A stretch of 64,000 nt of DNA from Eledone cirrhosa (taxonomy: Eukaryota): assembly GCA_964016885.1 (NCBI GenBank), contig OZ024749.1:12152001-12216000 (forward strand), read 5' to 3'. The notes beneath the pieces were generated by a model. The model did no database searches and was not told the DNA's origin. It saw nothing but the letters and a program-made list of their open reading frames with translations. Below are positions 10,091-20,952 of this stretch, piece by piece; the first letter of the stretch is position 1, and every line of letters starts with the position of its first letter. A program made the position numbers and the translations under genes.

Positions 10091-12755
10091 CATCATCATC
10101 ATCATCATCAACGTTTAACGTCCGTGTTCCACGCTTGCATGGGTTTGGACGGGGGTAGTCCCACTTGAGGCAAGAGTGGTTGTCTTGCTCGCATAGGACT
10201 GTCTGGCAGGTTTTCTACAGTTGGATGCCCTTCCTAACACCAACCACATTTACAGTGTGGGTCTGGGAGGTTTTTACCGTGTTGCCTACACGGCCACATT
10301 ACAGCGTGGACTGTGTGTTTTTTTTGTCGTGACACCTACACGATCTCATTTGTTTCGGCCTCGATGGCGCGGCACCAACATAACTTTACATAGAACGGGG
10401 TGGTGTGGATCGGGTGGGGGTGGTGGTGGTGGGACGGGGTGTATTTTGTTAGAGATGCCTACTGGCTGGAGTAGGTTTTACTATATATTTAGGTAAGGCG
10501 GGTCTTCTCTGTTACTGAGTACCGCCAAAGGTCTCGGTCCAGTGACATTGTCTTGGAGAGGTGTAAGTGTGTGATGTCGGAGTTTATCAGCTCGTCCCAG
10601 GTTTTTCTAGGTCTGCCTATTCCGTGACTACCGTCTATCTTTATTGCCCTGCACTTTGTTATACAGTTATCGACTTTCATGCGCATCACGTGTCCATACC
10701 AACGTAGCCTTCTCTCGAGTAAACAACATCTGATCCCTCTTATCTCTAATTTTTTCCTTAGTTCGTTTATGCTTTGCCGTTCACGTATATTACTGTTACA
10801 CATCCAGCGGAGCATGCAAGCTTCGTTCCTCTCTAGTCTGCGTATATCCTCTGCACACAATGCCCAGGTCTCACTGCCATGCAGCATTGCTGTTCGTATG
10901 CAGGCATCGTACAACCTGCCTTTCATTTTTAGTGAGAACCCTTTAGCAGCTAATAGTGGTATAAGCTCTCTGAACTTTTTCCAACCAGTTCTGACTCTAG
11001 CTACAGTACTTTCAGAGCACCCTCCCCCACTGCTGATTTTATCGCCCAGGTAACGGAAGCTGTCCACTATTTCTATAGAACCCTCTGCGCAATTGAAAGA
11101 GCTAGTAGTTTGTGGGCACTTGCTGCTACTTATTGCACCAGAGCACCGGCCACATGTAAAATCTATGTTCTTAGTTAGCTTACCTGTGATCCCACTACAT
11201 CTTTTATGCACCCATACTTTGCATTTAGGACATAAAATGGAGTTTCTACCTACGCCTTTCCTACACACCGAGCACGACCATTTCCCAGAAGGGACCGCCG
11301 CCTTGTTTTCTTTCCTACAAACTAGTACTTTGGTCTTAGCCAGGTTAATTTTAAGTCCTTTTGACTCTAGGCCGTGCTTCCATGTTTGGAATTTCTTCTC
11401 TAGCTCGGCCATTGATTCCGCTATGAGTGTCAGGTCGTCTGCGTATAGGAGTTCCCATGGGCAGCCTGTCTTGAACTCCTCTGTTATAGCCTGAAGGGCA
11501 ATAATAAATAGTAGTGGACTGAGAACAGAGCCCTGATGGACGCCAACTTTTACGCTAAACTCTTCACTATATTCGTTGTTAATTCTAACCTTGCTGACTG
11601 TTTCTTTATACATGGCTTGTATAGCCCTCACAAGCCATTCGTCAACGCCTAGTTTTCTAAGAGCCCACCAGATAATGGAGCGGGGGACTCTGTCGAAGGC
11701 TTTCTCCAAGTCGACAAAAGCTAAGTAGAGGGGTTTACCTTTAGCTAGGTACTTCTCCTGTAGTTGTCGTACTATGAAAAGAGCGTCTGTGGTACTTTTG
11801 CCTGACACAAACCCGAACTGCATTTCATCTAGGTCAATTCTCTCTCTGATTAGTTGCGCTATTACTCTTTCCGTGACCTTCATGACCTGGTCGATTAATT
11901 TAATGCCTCTATAGTTACTCCTATCTAGGGCGTCTCCTTTACCCTTATAACAGTTAACGATGATGCTGCTATGCCAGTCCTTCGGAACAACCCCATTCTG
12001 TACGACTTGGTTAACTATGCGGGTGACCATGGTGTGTCCCACCGTGCCAGATGCCTTCAGCATCTCAGCAACTATTTCCGAAGGCCCAGCCGCCTTACCA
12101 GTCTTCATATCCTTGATTGCCTTACTTATTATACTCCCCTCGACTAACACTGCTGGTCCCTCTATTGGGTCGATATGGGGGAGACTGCCTTTCTCCCAAT
12201 TATTCTCCTCATTTAGAAGCCTTTCATAGTGACACTTCCAAGCTACCTTCTTATCAGCGTCGGTGATGGCAAGTGTGCCATCGTCGTTTAGTACACACTT
12301 CTCCCCGACAATATCACGGTTTTCCTTGACGCATTGCCTAGCAATCCTGAACACCTCACGTTTTTGGTCATCGCGTTGTAGAACATGCTTGAACTTTCTT
12401 TCCTCAGCTTCCCTTCTTGCTAAGTACACTTGTCTCCTAGCTTCCCTCCTGGCCACTTGATAGTCCTCTCTACTTCCCCCATCCCGCCATACTTTCCAAG
12501 CCTGCTTTTTGGCCTTAATTGACCCCTCCACCTTACTGTTCCACCACCATGTTACTCTCCTCCTGCCTACAGGCCTGCTCCAGCCACAGACCTCGTCTGT
12601 CGCCAACAGCAGGTTTGCTTTCAGAAATTCCCACTCTCCCTCTATATTGTCCGACTCTAAATGTTCTTCCTTACTGTCGAAAGCATCAAGTAATATGCTT
12701 TGAAATTTATTCCTGGCTGTGGGGTCCTTTAGCTTCCATATTTTCCTCCTGAGGG
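10091..12755 (-). mobile_element. RTE-clade LINE, 5'-truncated, young
   Basis: Uninterrupted RT ORF, 3' UTR ending GGACGTTAAACGTT(GAT)n at 10091. Confidence 0.96.
10489..12753 (-). CDS. RTE ORF (linker + reverse transcriptase with an inserted PHD finger), 5'-truncated; frame stays open upstream of the 12606 start in the track
   Basis: 705-aa ORF with QFGF, FVDLEKAFDRV, QGSVLSPLLF, LYADD, FRYLG, HGSETW, RRLRWYGHV, GRPRKTW; upstream reads LRRKIWKLKDP. Confidence 0.9.
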   Translation of the reverse strand, partial: LRRKIWKLKDPTARNKFQSILLDAFDSKEEHLESDNIEGEWEFLKANLLLATDEVCGWSRPVGRRRVTWWWNSKVEGSIKAKKQAWKVWRDGGSREDYQVARREARRQVYLARREAEERKFKHVLQRDDQKREVFRIARQCVKENRDIVGEKCVLNDDGTLAITDADKKVAWKCHYERLLNEENNWEKGSLPHIDPIEGPAVLVEGSIISKAIKDMKTGKAAGPSEIVAEMLKASGTVGHTMVTRIVNQVVQNGVVPKDWHSSIIVNCYKGKGDALDRSNYRGIKLIDQVMKVTERVIAQLIRERIDLDEMQFGFVSGKSTTDALFIVRQLQEKYLAKGKPLYLAFVDLEKAFDRVPRSIIWWALRKLGVDEWLVRAIQAMYKETVSKVRINNEYSEEFSVKVGVHQGSVLSPLLFIIALQAITEEFKTGCPWELLYADDLTLIAESMAELEKKFQTWKHGLESKGLKINLAKTKVLVCRKENKAAVPSGKWSCSVCRKGVGRNSILCPKCKVWVHKRCSGITGKLTKNIDFTCGRCSGAISSSKCPQTTSSFNCAEGSIEIVDSFRYLGDKISSGGGCSESTVARVRTGWKKFRELIPLLAAKGFSLKMKGRLYDACIRTAMLHGSETWALCAEDIRRLERNEACMLRWMCNSNIRERQSINELRKKLEIRGIRCCLLERRLRWYGHVMRMKVDNCITKCRAIKIDGSHGIGRPRKTWDELINSDITHLHLSKTMSLDRDLWRYSVTEKTRLT

Positions 12756-14139
12756 CTAATCCACAGCATCGTTAACAGAGGCTGCCCATGCATGGCAATC
12801 ACATACACCCATCACAGATATTGTCAGTGGCATTATTTCAACAGTGGACAGGCAGGTTTTAGTTTTGTAGAGTGGGTTGGGTTGGGGTTTGAAGTACATA
12901 TTGTTGTGTATAGTTGGTGTCTAGTAAGTGGACTTATATATAGGCTTATGGATTGTATTTTCTTGAGTTTGTGGATAGCATCGAATCAATGTGTTTACGT
13001 TGAAGGTAAAGTAATTAAAAGTCTTGGACCAGATAGTAAGTCAAGATCTCTCTTAATAGTACCAATCTTAAGATGTCCACCTTGCCATTTGTGCCATTTA
13101 GGGACGAGTATTGGTGTGGCTTTATTGCGAATGAGTTCACCTTGCGGGCAGCAGACTGTGTGACCAAACCAGGATCTGGTGTGACTATATCATGGATGAG
13201 TTCATTTAGTAAGCAGCAAAGTGTGTGATGAAACCAACAGAGATGTTAAGTAGTTGTTGAAGAGAATTAATCTGGGTGTGAGGACAAATTTTGGAGCTGA
13301 TAAAATCCAATGTACAAATTTCACTTAGATTATATAATGCGCAATAAAAATAAATAAATAACAAAAATAAGGAGAAGCAAAGAGCAGCAGACAATGCCCC
13401 AGTTTAGACCGTATATCTTAGCTGTGCCTCACAAAGAAAATGGTGAAGGAATTGCCACAAAAAACAGCTAGCAATACCCTCTACATCAACCATGTCACAT
13501 CACAGGACTCCACTTAGAATTTAAGAAGCTGTTTTATAGGCAGCTGACACCTTCATACTATGAAGAGTTACATTGAGAGTTGAAACATTATGCAACACAA
13601 GAAAAGATTGGATAAAGACGACCAACTGTCTAAAAAGAGTATGTCTGAGGCATTAGAATGCACCTGTCTACTTTGAAATATTGGAATGGGTTAGAGAAAT
13701 TGTTCTTCATTGGAAAAGGAAGATACTGTCAAGTATTTCCATGGGTTGGGGGAGGGTAGGAGTTATGTATGAGGTAATAGGGGTAACACTGGTAAGGTCA
13801 GCCACTTTGTTGGGTCAGAGCGAACAGGAGAGGTTTCGACTTGCCGACTGTGATGAGAGAGAGAGGTGAAACAGAGAAGGAAAAATGGTTCGATTTATGT
13901 ATATGATTATTGTTTATATATAGATATGTCTTGTAGTTCACTTGTATAGACAAATGCTTGTCTGGCAGTGGCTCTCTCTCTAAATGCTGGTCACACAAAC
14001 TGCAGCTCTGCTTGAAGTTACTGTGGATGTCAAGTAGGGTTGTGTGCTAGCACCCACATTATTTCCACTTTGTCAACAACACTCAAAGAAGCATTCTGCC
14101 ACTTGAATGTATACTCTCGGGACTTGAATATTTGAGTCA

Positions 14140-14490
14140 AGAGTTGGCACAAATACTGAATTGAAGACAGCAAGTTTGGCTTCTACGCCTACCTCCCTTC
14201 TTCTGATTACTACACCAAATCCTGCAATTCTTGCACTTAATTCAGCCTCTTGCCTTCCATCACTTGTGAACACGGACCCGAGATACTTGAACTTCTCTAC
14301 CTGCTTCAGTAGAACTCCATTTGCATTTAGGGTGCACTGTGCAGGCTTCCTTGAGAGGACAAGTGTTTAAGTTTTCACAGCACTGATTTTCATTTCAGTC
14401 ATGCAGCATCTGGCATCACACCTATCGAGTGCAAGTTCGAGATCACCTTCCATTGATTTAAGTAACACCATATTTATTGTCTGCAAATTC
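14140..14490 (-). mobile_element. Degraded RTE-type RT fragment from a different family
   Basis: QVEKFKYLGSVFTSDGRQEAE...AKLAVFNSVFVPTL; an adjacent + strand remnant reads GCVLAPTLF near 14035. Confidence 0.6.
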
Positions 14491-14856
14491 CAGTCAACTG
14501 AGAAAGAGCTGCTCTGATAGAAAATGGGTCGGAGGTGTAAGATAGTGATACGGCCTTCTTTGTGGGGTTAATTTGCTGAGACCGCTCTCTCTCTCCCTCT
14601 CTCACTCACTCACATTCTATCCCTTCCATTCTCCCCCTTTCTCTCCCCCCCCCCTCTCTACTACTCAACTGTAATTTTACAGCATTTGCTACAGTCCTAT
14701 TGTAGCACTTGTATCAATAAATATAGTGTAAGTAAAAAAAAAATAAATAAATAAAAAAAAAAAAAATAAATAAGCAGCTAACTCCTAAAGAAAGGGGCTG
14801 AACAGTTTAACCAATATGCTGCTGCCGCAATCACTACTGCTTGAAGAAAACTGAAG

Positions 14857-14858
<2 letters not shown>

Positions 14859-14926
<68 letters not shown>
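14859..14926. repeat. (TA)n microsatellite
   Basis: Pure dinucleotide run. Confidence 0.95.
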
Positions 14927-14929
<3 letters not shown>

Positions 14930-15099
14930 CTGTGCTGCTATTTATTAGGAAACTGTATTAGTCATCTATGGAAACTACTGAACATAGCAGCCAATCATTC
15001 TGTGACGAAATATAACCTCTTGAATAATTAAAGTGATGAGACAGAGAGATGGGGGGGGGGGGGATCACATAACTATGGTGAAGTTACAGGAAGGGAGAC

Positions 15100-15189
15100 T
15101 ACATACATACACACGCATAGATACATCATCATATATATATATATATATATATACATATATATACACATATAGATACATCATCATATGTA

Positions 15190-15221
<32 letters not shown>

Positions 15222-15279
15222 CACACATAGATACATCATACATATAGATACATCATACATATAGATACACATATAGATA

Positions 15280-15318
<39 letters not shown>

Positions 15319-15622
15319 GATACATCATATATATATATACATATATTTATATATATATATATATATAGATACATCATACATGTATATATGTATACACACA
15401 TATATATATATATATACACACACATATATATATATATATATACACACATATAGATACATCATACATATATATATATACACACATATAGATACATCATATA
15501 TATATATACACATATATAGATACATCATACATATATATATATATACACATATATATAGATACATCATACATATATATATATATACACATATATAGATACA
15601 TCATACATATATAGATACATCA

Positions 15623-15662
<40 letters not shown>

Positions 15663-15786
15663 TATAGATACATATATATATATATGTATATATATACACA
15701 TATAGATACATCATACATATATATATATGTATATATATACACATAGATACATCATACATATATATATATATATACACACACAGATG

Positions 15787-15833
<47 letters not shown>

Positions 15834-16539
15834 TGCATCATACATATAAATACACACACACAGATACATCATATATATGTATATATATATACACATATAG
15901 GTACATCATACATATATTTATAGATACATCATATATATATATATACACACACACACATACAGATACATCATATATATACACATATACATACATCATATAT
16001 ATACACATATACATACATCATATATATACACATATACATACATCATATATATACACATACATACATCATATATATATATACACACGCATATAGATACATC
16101 ATAAATATATATATATATACACAGATACATCATAAATATATATATATATATACACATATAGATACATCATAAATATATATATATACACATATAGATACAT
16201 CATACATATATATATACACATATAGATACATCATACATATATATATATATATACACATCTAGATACATCATACATATATATATATATATATACACATCTA
16301 GATACATCATACATATATATATATACACATATAGATACATCATACATACATACATATATATATATACACATAGATACATCATACATACATATAGATACTC
16401 ATATAGATACATCATACATACATATAGATACTCATATAGATACATCATACATACATATACATATAGATACATCATACATACATATACCTATACATACATA
16501 CATATACCTATAGATACATACATACATACATATACCTAT

Positions 16540-16577
<38 letters not shown>
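15100..16577. repeat. Compound minisatellite: AGATACATCAT anchor + variable (TA/CA)n
   Basis: The anchor recurs dozens of times between runs of variable length. Confidence 0.92.
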
Positions 16578-16578
<1 letters not shown>

Positions 16579-16689
16579 GAAAAATTTGAACAGGGACAGA
16601 ACAGAGAGGCAGTACAATAAATGTTTATTAAATTCACGCTCAGGAGAGTGGGGGGTAGGTGGATATGAAACAAACAGGAAGGTGTAGAA

Positions 16690-18048
16690 AAGGAAGGTCT
16701 GGAAGCTAAAAGACCTTTCACTAAAATATAAATTTAGGAAAGCCCTTCAAGATGTATATGATGAAAAAGAAGACGATTTAGAGACGTATGACATAGATAA
16801 TAACTGGAATTTCCTACGTGACAACTTACTGCAGGCTACTGAAGAAACTTGTGGCTGAAGCAGAGCTCCAACCAGACAGAGAATGACCTGGTGGTGGAAC
16901 AGCATGGTAGATAGGGCCATTAGGGGCAAAAGACTAGCATGGAAGGCTTGGAAAAATGGTGGGAGTAGAGGATACACAGCGGCTAAAAGAGAAGCTTGAC
17001 GTTAGGTGTACTTAGCACGCAGAGAGGCTGAGAGTAGGAGGTTTGCAAATGCTCTGCGACGGGAAGATCAGAGACGTGTGGTGTTCCATATTGCAAGGCA
17101 CTGTGTCAATGCAAATCAGGATGTTGTTGGAGATAAGTGTGTCCGGAATGATGCCAGTGTACTTAGTGTCACGAATGATCAGAAAAAGGAGGCCTGGAAA
17201 TGTCATTATGAGAGACTGGTGAATGTGGAGAGCGAATGGGAGAGAGAAATTACCCCAAGTAGTTCCGACAGAGGGCCCAGCTATTGAGATTGACGAATAT
17301 AGGGTCCAAGAGGCGATTAAGGAAATGAAAAATGGTAAGGCCGCTGGACCATCGGGGATAGTTGCTGAGATGCTGAAGGCATCAGGGGACGTAGGCACTA
17401 AACTGGTTGCACGCATCATCAATCAGGCTATATATGGTGGTGTCATACCCAAAGACTGGTGCAGCAGTATTGTCATAAATTGCTACAAAGGTAAAGGGAG
17501 GTTCTGGAGAGGAGCAATTATAGGGGTATAAAACAGATAGATCAGGTTATGAAAGTGGCAGAAAGGATTTAGCGCAACTAATTAGAGAACGGGTCAAACT
17601 AGATGAGATGCAGTTTGGTTTTGTGCCTGGGAAAAGTACAACAGATGCCCTCTTCTTAGTGAGGCAACTACAATAGAGGTTCTTAGAGAAGAATAAGCCA
17701 CTATACTTTTGTTGACCTAGAGAAGGCCTTTGATAGGGTAGCCCGATCTGTCATCAGGTGGTCCCTAAGGAAACTAGGTGTTGAGGAATGGCTTGTGAGG
17801 ACAGTGCAAGCTTTGTACAGAGGCGCTGTCAATAAAGTGAGGGTAGGAATGGAGTTTAGTGAGGAATTCCAGATACAAGTAGGAGTACATCACGGTTCGG
17901 TCCTCAGCCCGCTCTTGTTCGTCCTCCGAGCCATAACAGAGGAGTTTAAGACGGCTTGCCCATGGGAACTTCTCTATGCTGACGATCTGGTTCTTATTGC
18001 AGAATCAGTAGAGGAACTAGAGAATAAATTCTGGCTATGAAAACAACA
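16690..18048 (+). mobile_element. Degraded RTE LINE (related subfamily)
   Basis: RMTWWWNS, KAAGPSGIVAEMLKASG, GVHHGSVLSPLLF, CPWELLYADD; stops and frameshifts. Confidence 0.9.
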
Positions 18049-18069
18049 GTGAAGGAGGCAGAGGATGTA

Positions 18070-18690
18070 GGAGGTGGAGACTGTGTCGATGAGTGTGGGG
18101 CTGAGAATGAATGAGATTAAGACGAAGTATCTGGTAGAGAACATTAAGAAGCCAGAGAAGATTATGAATGTAGGTAGGAAGCCACTAGAGTTGGTTGAGG
18201 ACTTCCTGTATCTGGGAGCAAAGATTGGGACACAGAGAATGATGTGGTTGACAGGAAGAGCAAAGCCTGGGCAGCGTACTATAGTGGAGTTTGTGCTGCT
18301 GTACGGGTCTTAGACTTGGCCACTGACCAAGAAACTCACTCAGATGGTGAATGGGTGCTACACGAGAATGCTGAGGATAGCTCTTGACATTAATCAGTAT
18401 ACACTGAGGATGAAGAACTCAGAGCTGTATGGGAGCTTCACAAAAGTCAGTTCGGAAGTAAAACAGAGGAGACCGAGGTTAGCTGGACAGGCTCACCGAC
18501 ATTCAGAGTTCACACTGCACTCAGTACTCCTGTGGGAGCCCTTACACAGACACACTAGAAGAGGGAGGCCAAGGTTGATATGTTGATGCCCTAACGACCT
18601 ACACAGATCTCTTGGAGACGCAGGACATGGCAGCAATGATGAAGGACAGAGACCGCTGGAGAGAACTCGTCCATGGATCTCGGGAATTTA
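18070..18690 (+). mobile_element. 3' part of a distinct RTE-like LINE family, degraded
   Basis: VGLRMNEIKTK, DFLYLG, VLLYGS*TW, GCYTRMLR, RLAG, LLWEP, RGRP. Confidence 0.75.
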
Positions 18691-18699
18691 TATATATAG

Positions 18700-18928
18700 A
18701 TCAGAATGGAGGTGGCAAAAACCAGTTAGACCATTACTCTCCAGATTACTCGATACTTGGGGTAGTAGAGTGGGTAATATGAACAAATTCAGAACCCCGA
18801 CGGCTGAACTCTGGCTGTTTCAACAGTTCCAAACTGAAGCGCTGGTATTTGGGCGGTGAGAATCTAGCTGTCCAAATACCTTCAGCTCGGATCTAGCTGT
18901 TGAAATGGTTGGGTCTTGAATTTTTTTT
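18700..18928 (-). mobile_element. PLE-like terminal fragment with a diverged fold-back
   Basis: Reverse complement resembles 23559-23680 (ATTACCCACTCTACTACCC shared); imperfect inverted arms at 18785-18925. Confidence 0.5.
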
Positions 18929-18932
18929 ATAT

Positions 18933-19270
18933 ATGTGGTTAGAGCATTGGCCTTGCAATCGAAAGGTTGTGAGTTCAATTCTCAGACCGGGTGATGTGTT
19001 GTTTCCTTGAGCAAGACACTTTATTTCACATTGCTCCAGTTTACTCAGCTGTAGAATGAGATGATTGGGACTGGGGTTCCTATCATTCCACTGTAAAGTG
19101 GTAGTGGACGTGCCACGGCAAAAAAACACCCAGCACTCACTGTAAATGAAGTTGGTGTCAGGAAGGGCATCCAACTGTAGAAATCAAGCCAGAATCAGTT
19201 CCCGTCCGACCCTTGTAAGCAGGGAAAAAGCGGACATAAAATGAAAATGATGAAGAATGATGAAAATGAT
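18933..19270 (+). mobile_element. tRNA-derived SINE with Nin/Deu-like core and RTE-derived tail
   Basis: GTGGTTAGAGC A-box part, GAGTTCAATTC B box, CCTTGAGCAAGACACTT...CCAGTTTACTCAGCTG core, GGAAGGGCATCC...(GAT)n tail. Confidence 0.85.
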
Positions 19271-19282
19271 ACATATATATAC

Positions 19283-19495
19283 GGGATGGAGAAAGTTCAG
19301 AGAGCTACTTACTGCTACTAGCTACAAAAGTTTTCCCCTTAAAATGAAAGGCAGATTGTATGATGTATGTATACAAACAACAATGTTACATGGTAGTGAG
19401 ACCTGGGAAATGTGTACAGTGGACCTGTGAAGACTGGAAAGAAATGAAGCATGAATGCTCCGATGGATGTGTAATAGTAATATACATGAACGGCA
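19283..19495 (+). mobile_element. RTE RT C-terminal fragment
   Basis: GWRKFREL, KMKGRLYD, HGSETW, LERNEA, all matching the 10489 ORF. Confidence 0.8.
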
Positions 19496-20604
19496 TTAAC
19501 CTTCTGGATGCTGAATTGTTCTTATGAATTGCTTCCCTTGACACTGTATAATGTATTAAGGGGAGCGACTTCTGTCACCAACAGCGCCAAGAGGATTAAT
19601 GTATACATGCATACATTAAAGTGGTTGGTGATAGAAAACTGATCCAGCCATAGAAAGTCTGCCAAACAAAGGGTTGGGAGGACTTTTTTGTTGTGTCAAA
19701 GACATGACAAACTCTGTAGTGCTGGTGTCATGATAAAATGTACTTCGTGGAGCGTATGAACATATTGTAAGCAAGATGCTCATCTGCAAGGTCAGTAACT
19801 CTGAGAACTGACTCAGTTTGTGATGACCTGTCCAATGATGATGATGATTAACCCTTTAACAATTAAACCGGTCGTGTCCAGCCAGTATTCTCTTACCTCT
19901 TTCTGCTCAAACTGGCTACTCATACTGATGTTAAGGTATTGTTCTCAAAATAAATAATATCAAAACCTGGTAGCTTCGATATTATGTGAGATAAAGCCTT
20001 TACCACAAAAATACAATAGTAGAGAGTAATGTAAATGATAAAAGATTACACACACACATTCATTGATATATATATTGTATACTTGCACATGCTTTTGTGG
20101 CCTTTGTTGTTCTCTACTAACGTTAATCTTATCGATGTCTGTACATGGCACTCCTCCATGTATTTTTCTTAGAGATATCTAATCAACTTATTCAAGCTTC
20201 CCATGTTTGTGTCTGATCCTAATCTTCAGTGTGAATTGTCTCATTGACTAGAATGAAAAGTGGGTGAAAGAGAGAACCTTGTTAACCACAACTAATAATA
20301 CTCCCAACTCTAAGCCTTGCCTTTAGTGTCCTAATTTATGACATACTGCTCTCCTCACAAAGCACTCAGTGACACAGCTTTCTTATATCGCAGACTAAAC
20401 CAAGGTACATTTTAGCCCTTTCCTTGCCATATTTCTAATGAAAGACATTGCCTATCCATTTCAAGTAATTTGGAAAATAATCAAGAATTTGGAGAGATTT
20501 ATTAATATAACTAACATTCTTATTATCTAGTGTTTGAAACATAACTTTACTAAGATTCTTACATAAGATTATGTTGGAAAGTTTAAAGCAACCAGCTTTG
20601 TTTT

Positions 20605-20900
20605 GGCAAAGAGGTTCACTTCACAATCACAAGGCCCTGGGTTCAATCCCACTGCATGGAATCTTGGGTAAGTGTCATTTACCATAACCTCAGGTCAACC
20701 CCTGTTTTTTGACGGAAAATGTTGGAATCCTGTCAGATGGACTGTACATGTAATTCAAAGGGCCAGTCTTGTTACATGTGTTGTGATAAATCTCCGAGTA
20801 CTGCATTAAACTTACACGTCTCTATAGAATGCTCAGTCACTTACACAATCTTATGAGCAGGTAATTCCGTTGATCAAACAACTGGAACATTTGTCAAAAC
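20605..20900 (+). mobile_element. tRNA-derived CORE-like SINE, diverged
   Basis: GGGTTCAATCCC B box followed by ATCTTGGGTAAGTG; similar to 56705-57040. Confidence 0.55.
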
Positions 20901-20952
20901 TGACATCCTCTCTACCTCCTTAATTCTAGCAGAATATCTAGGACATGACAAC

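Noticed and set aside
15033-16721. YI/HT/CV-repeat ORFs (also 38576-38899, 55783-56346, 63036-63615)
   Set aside because: Translations of microsatellites
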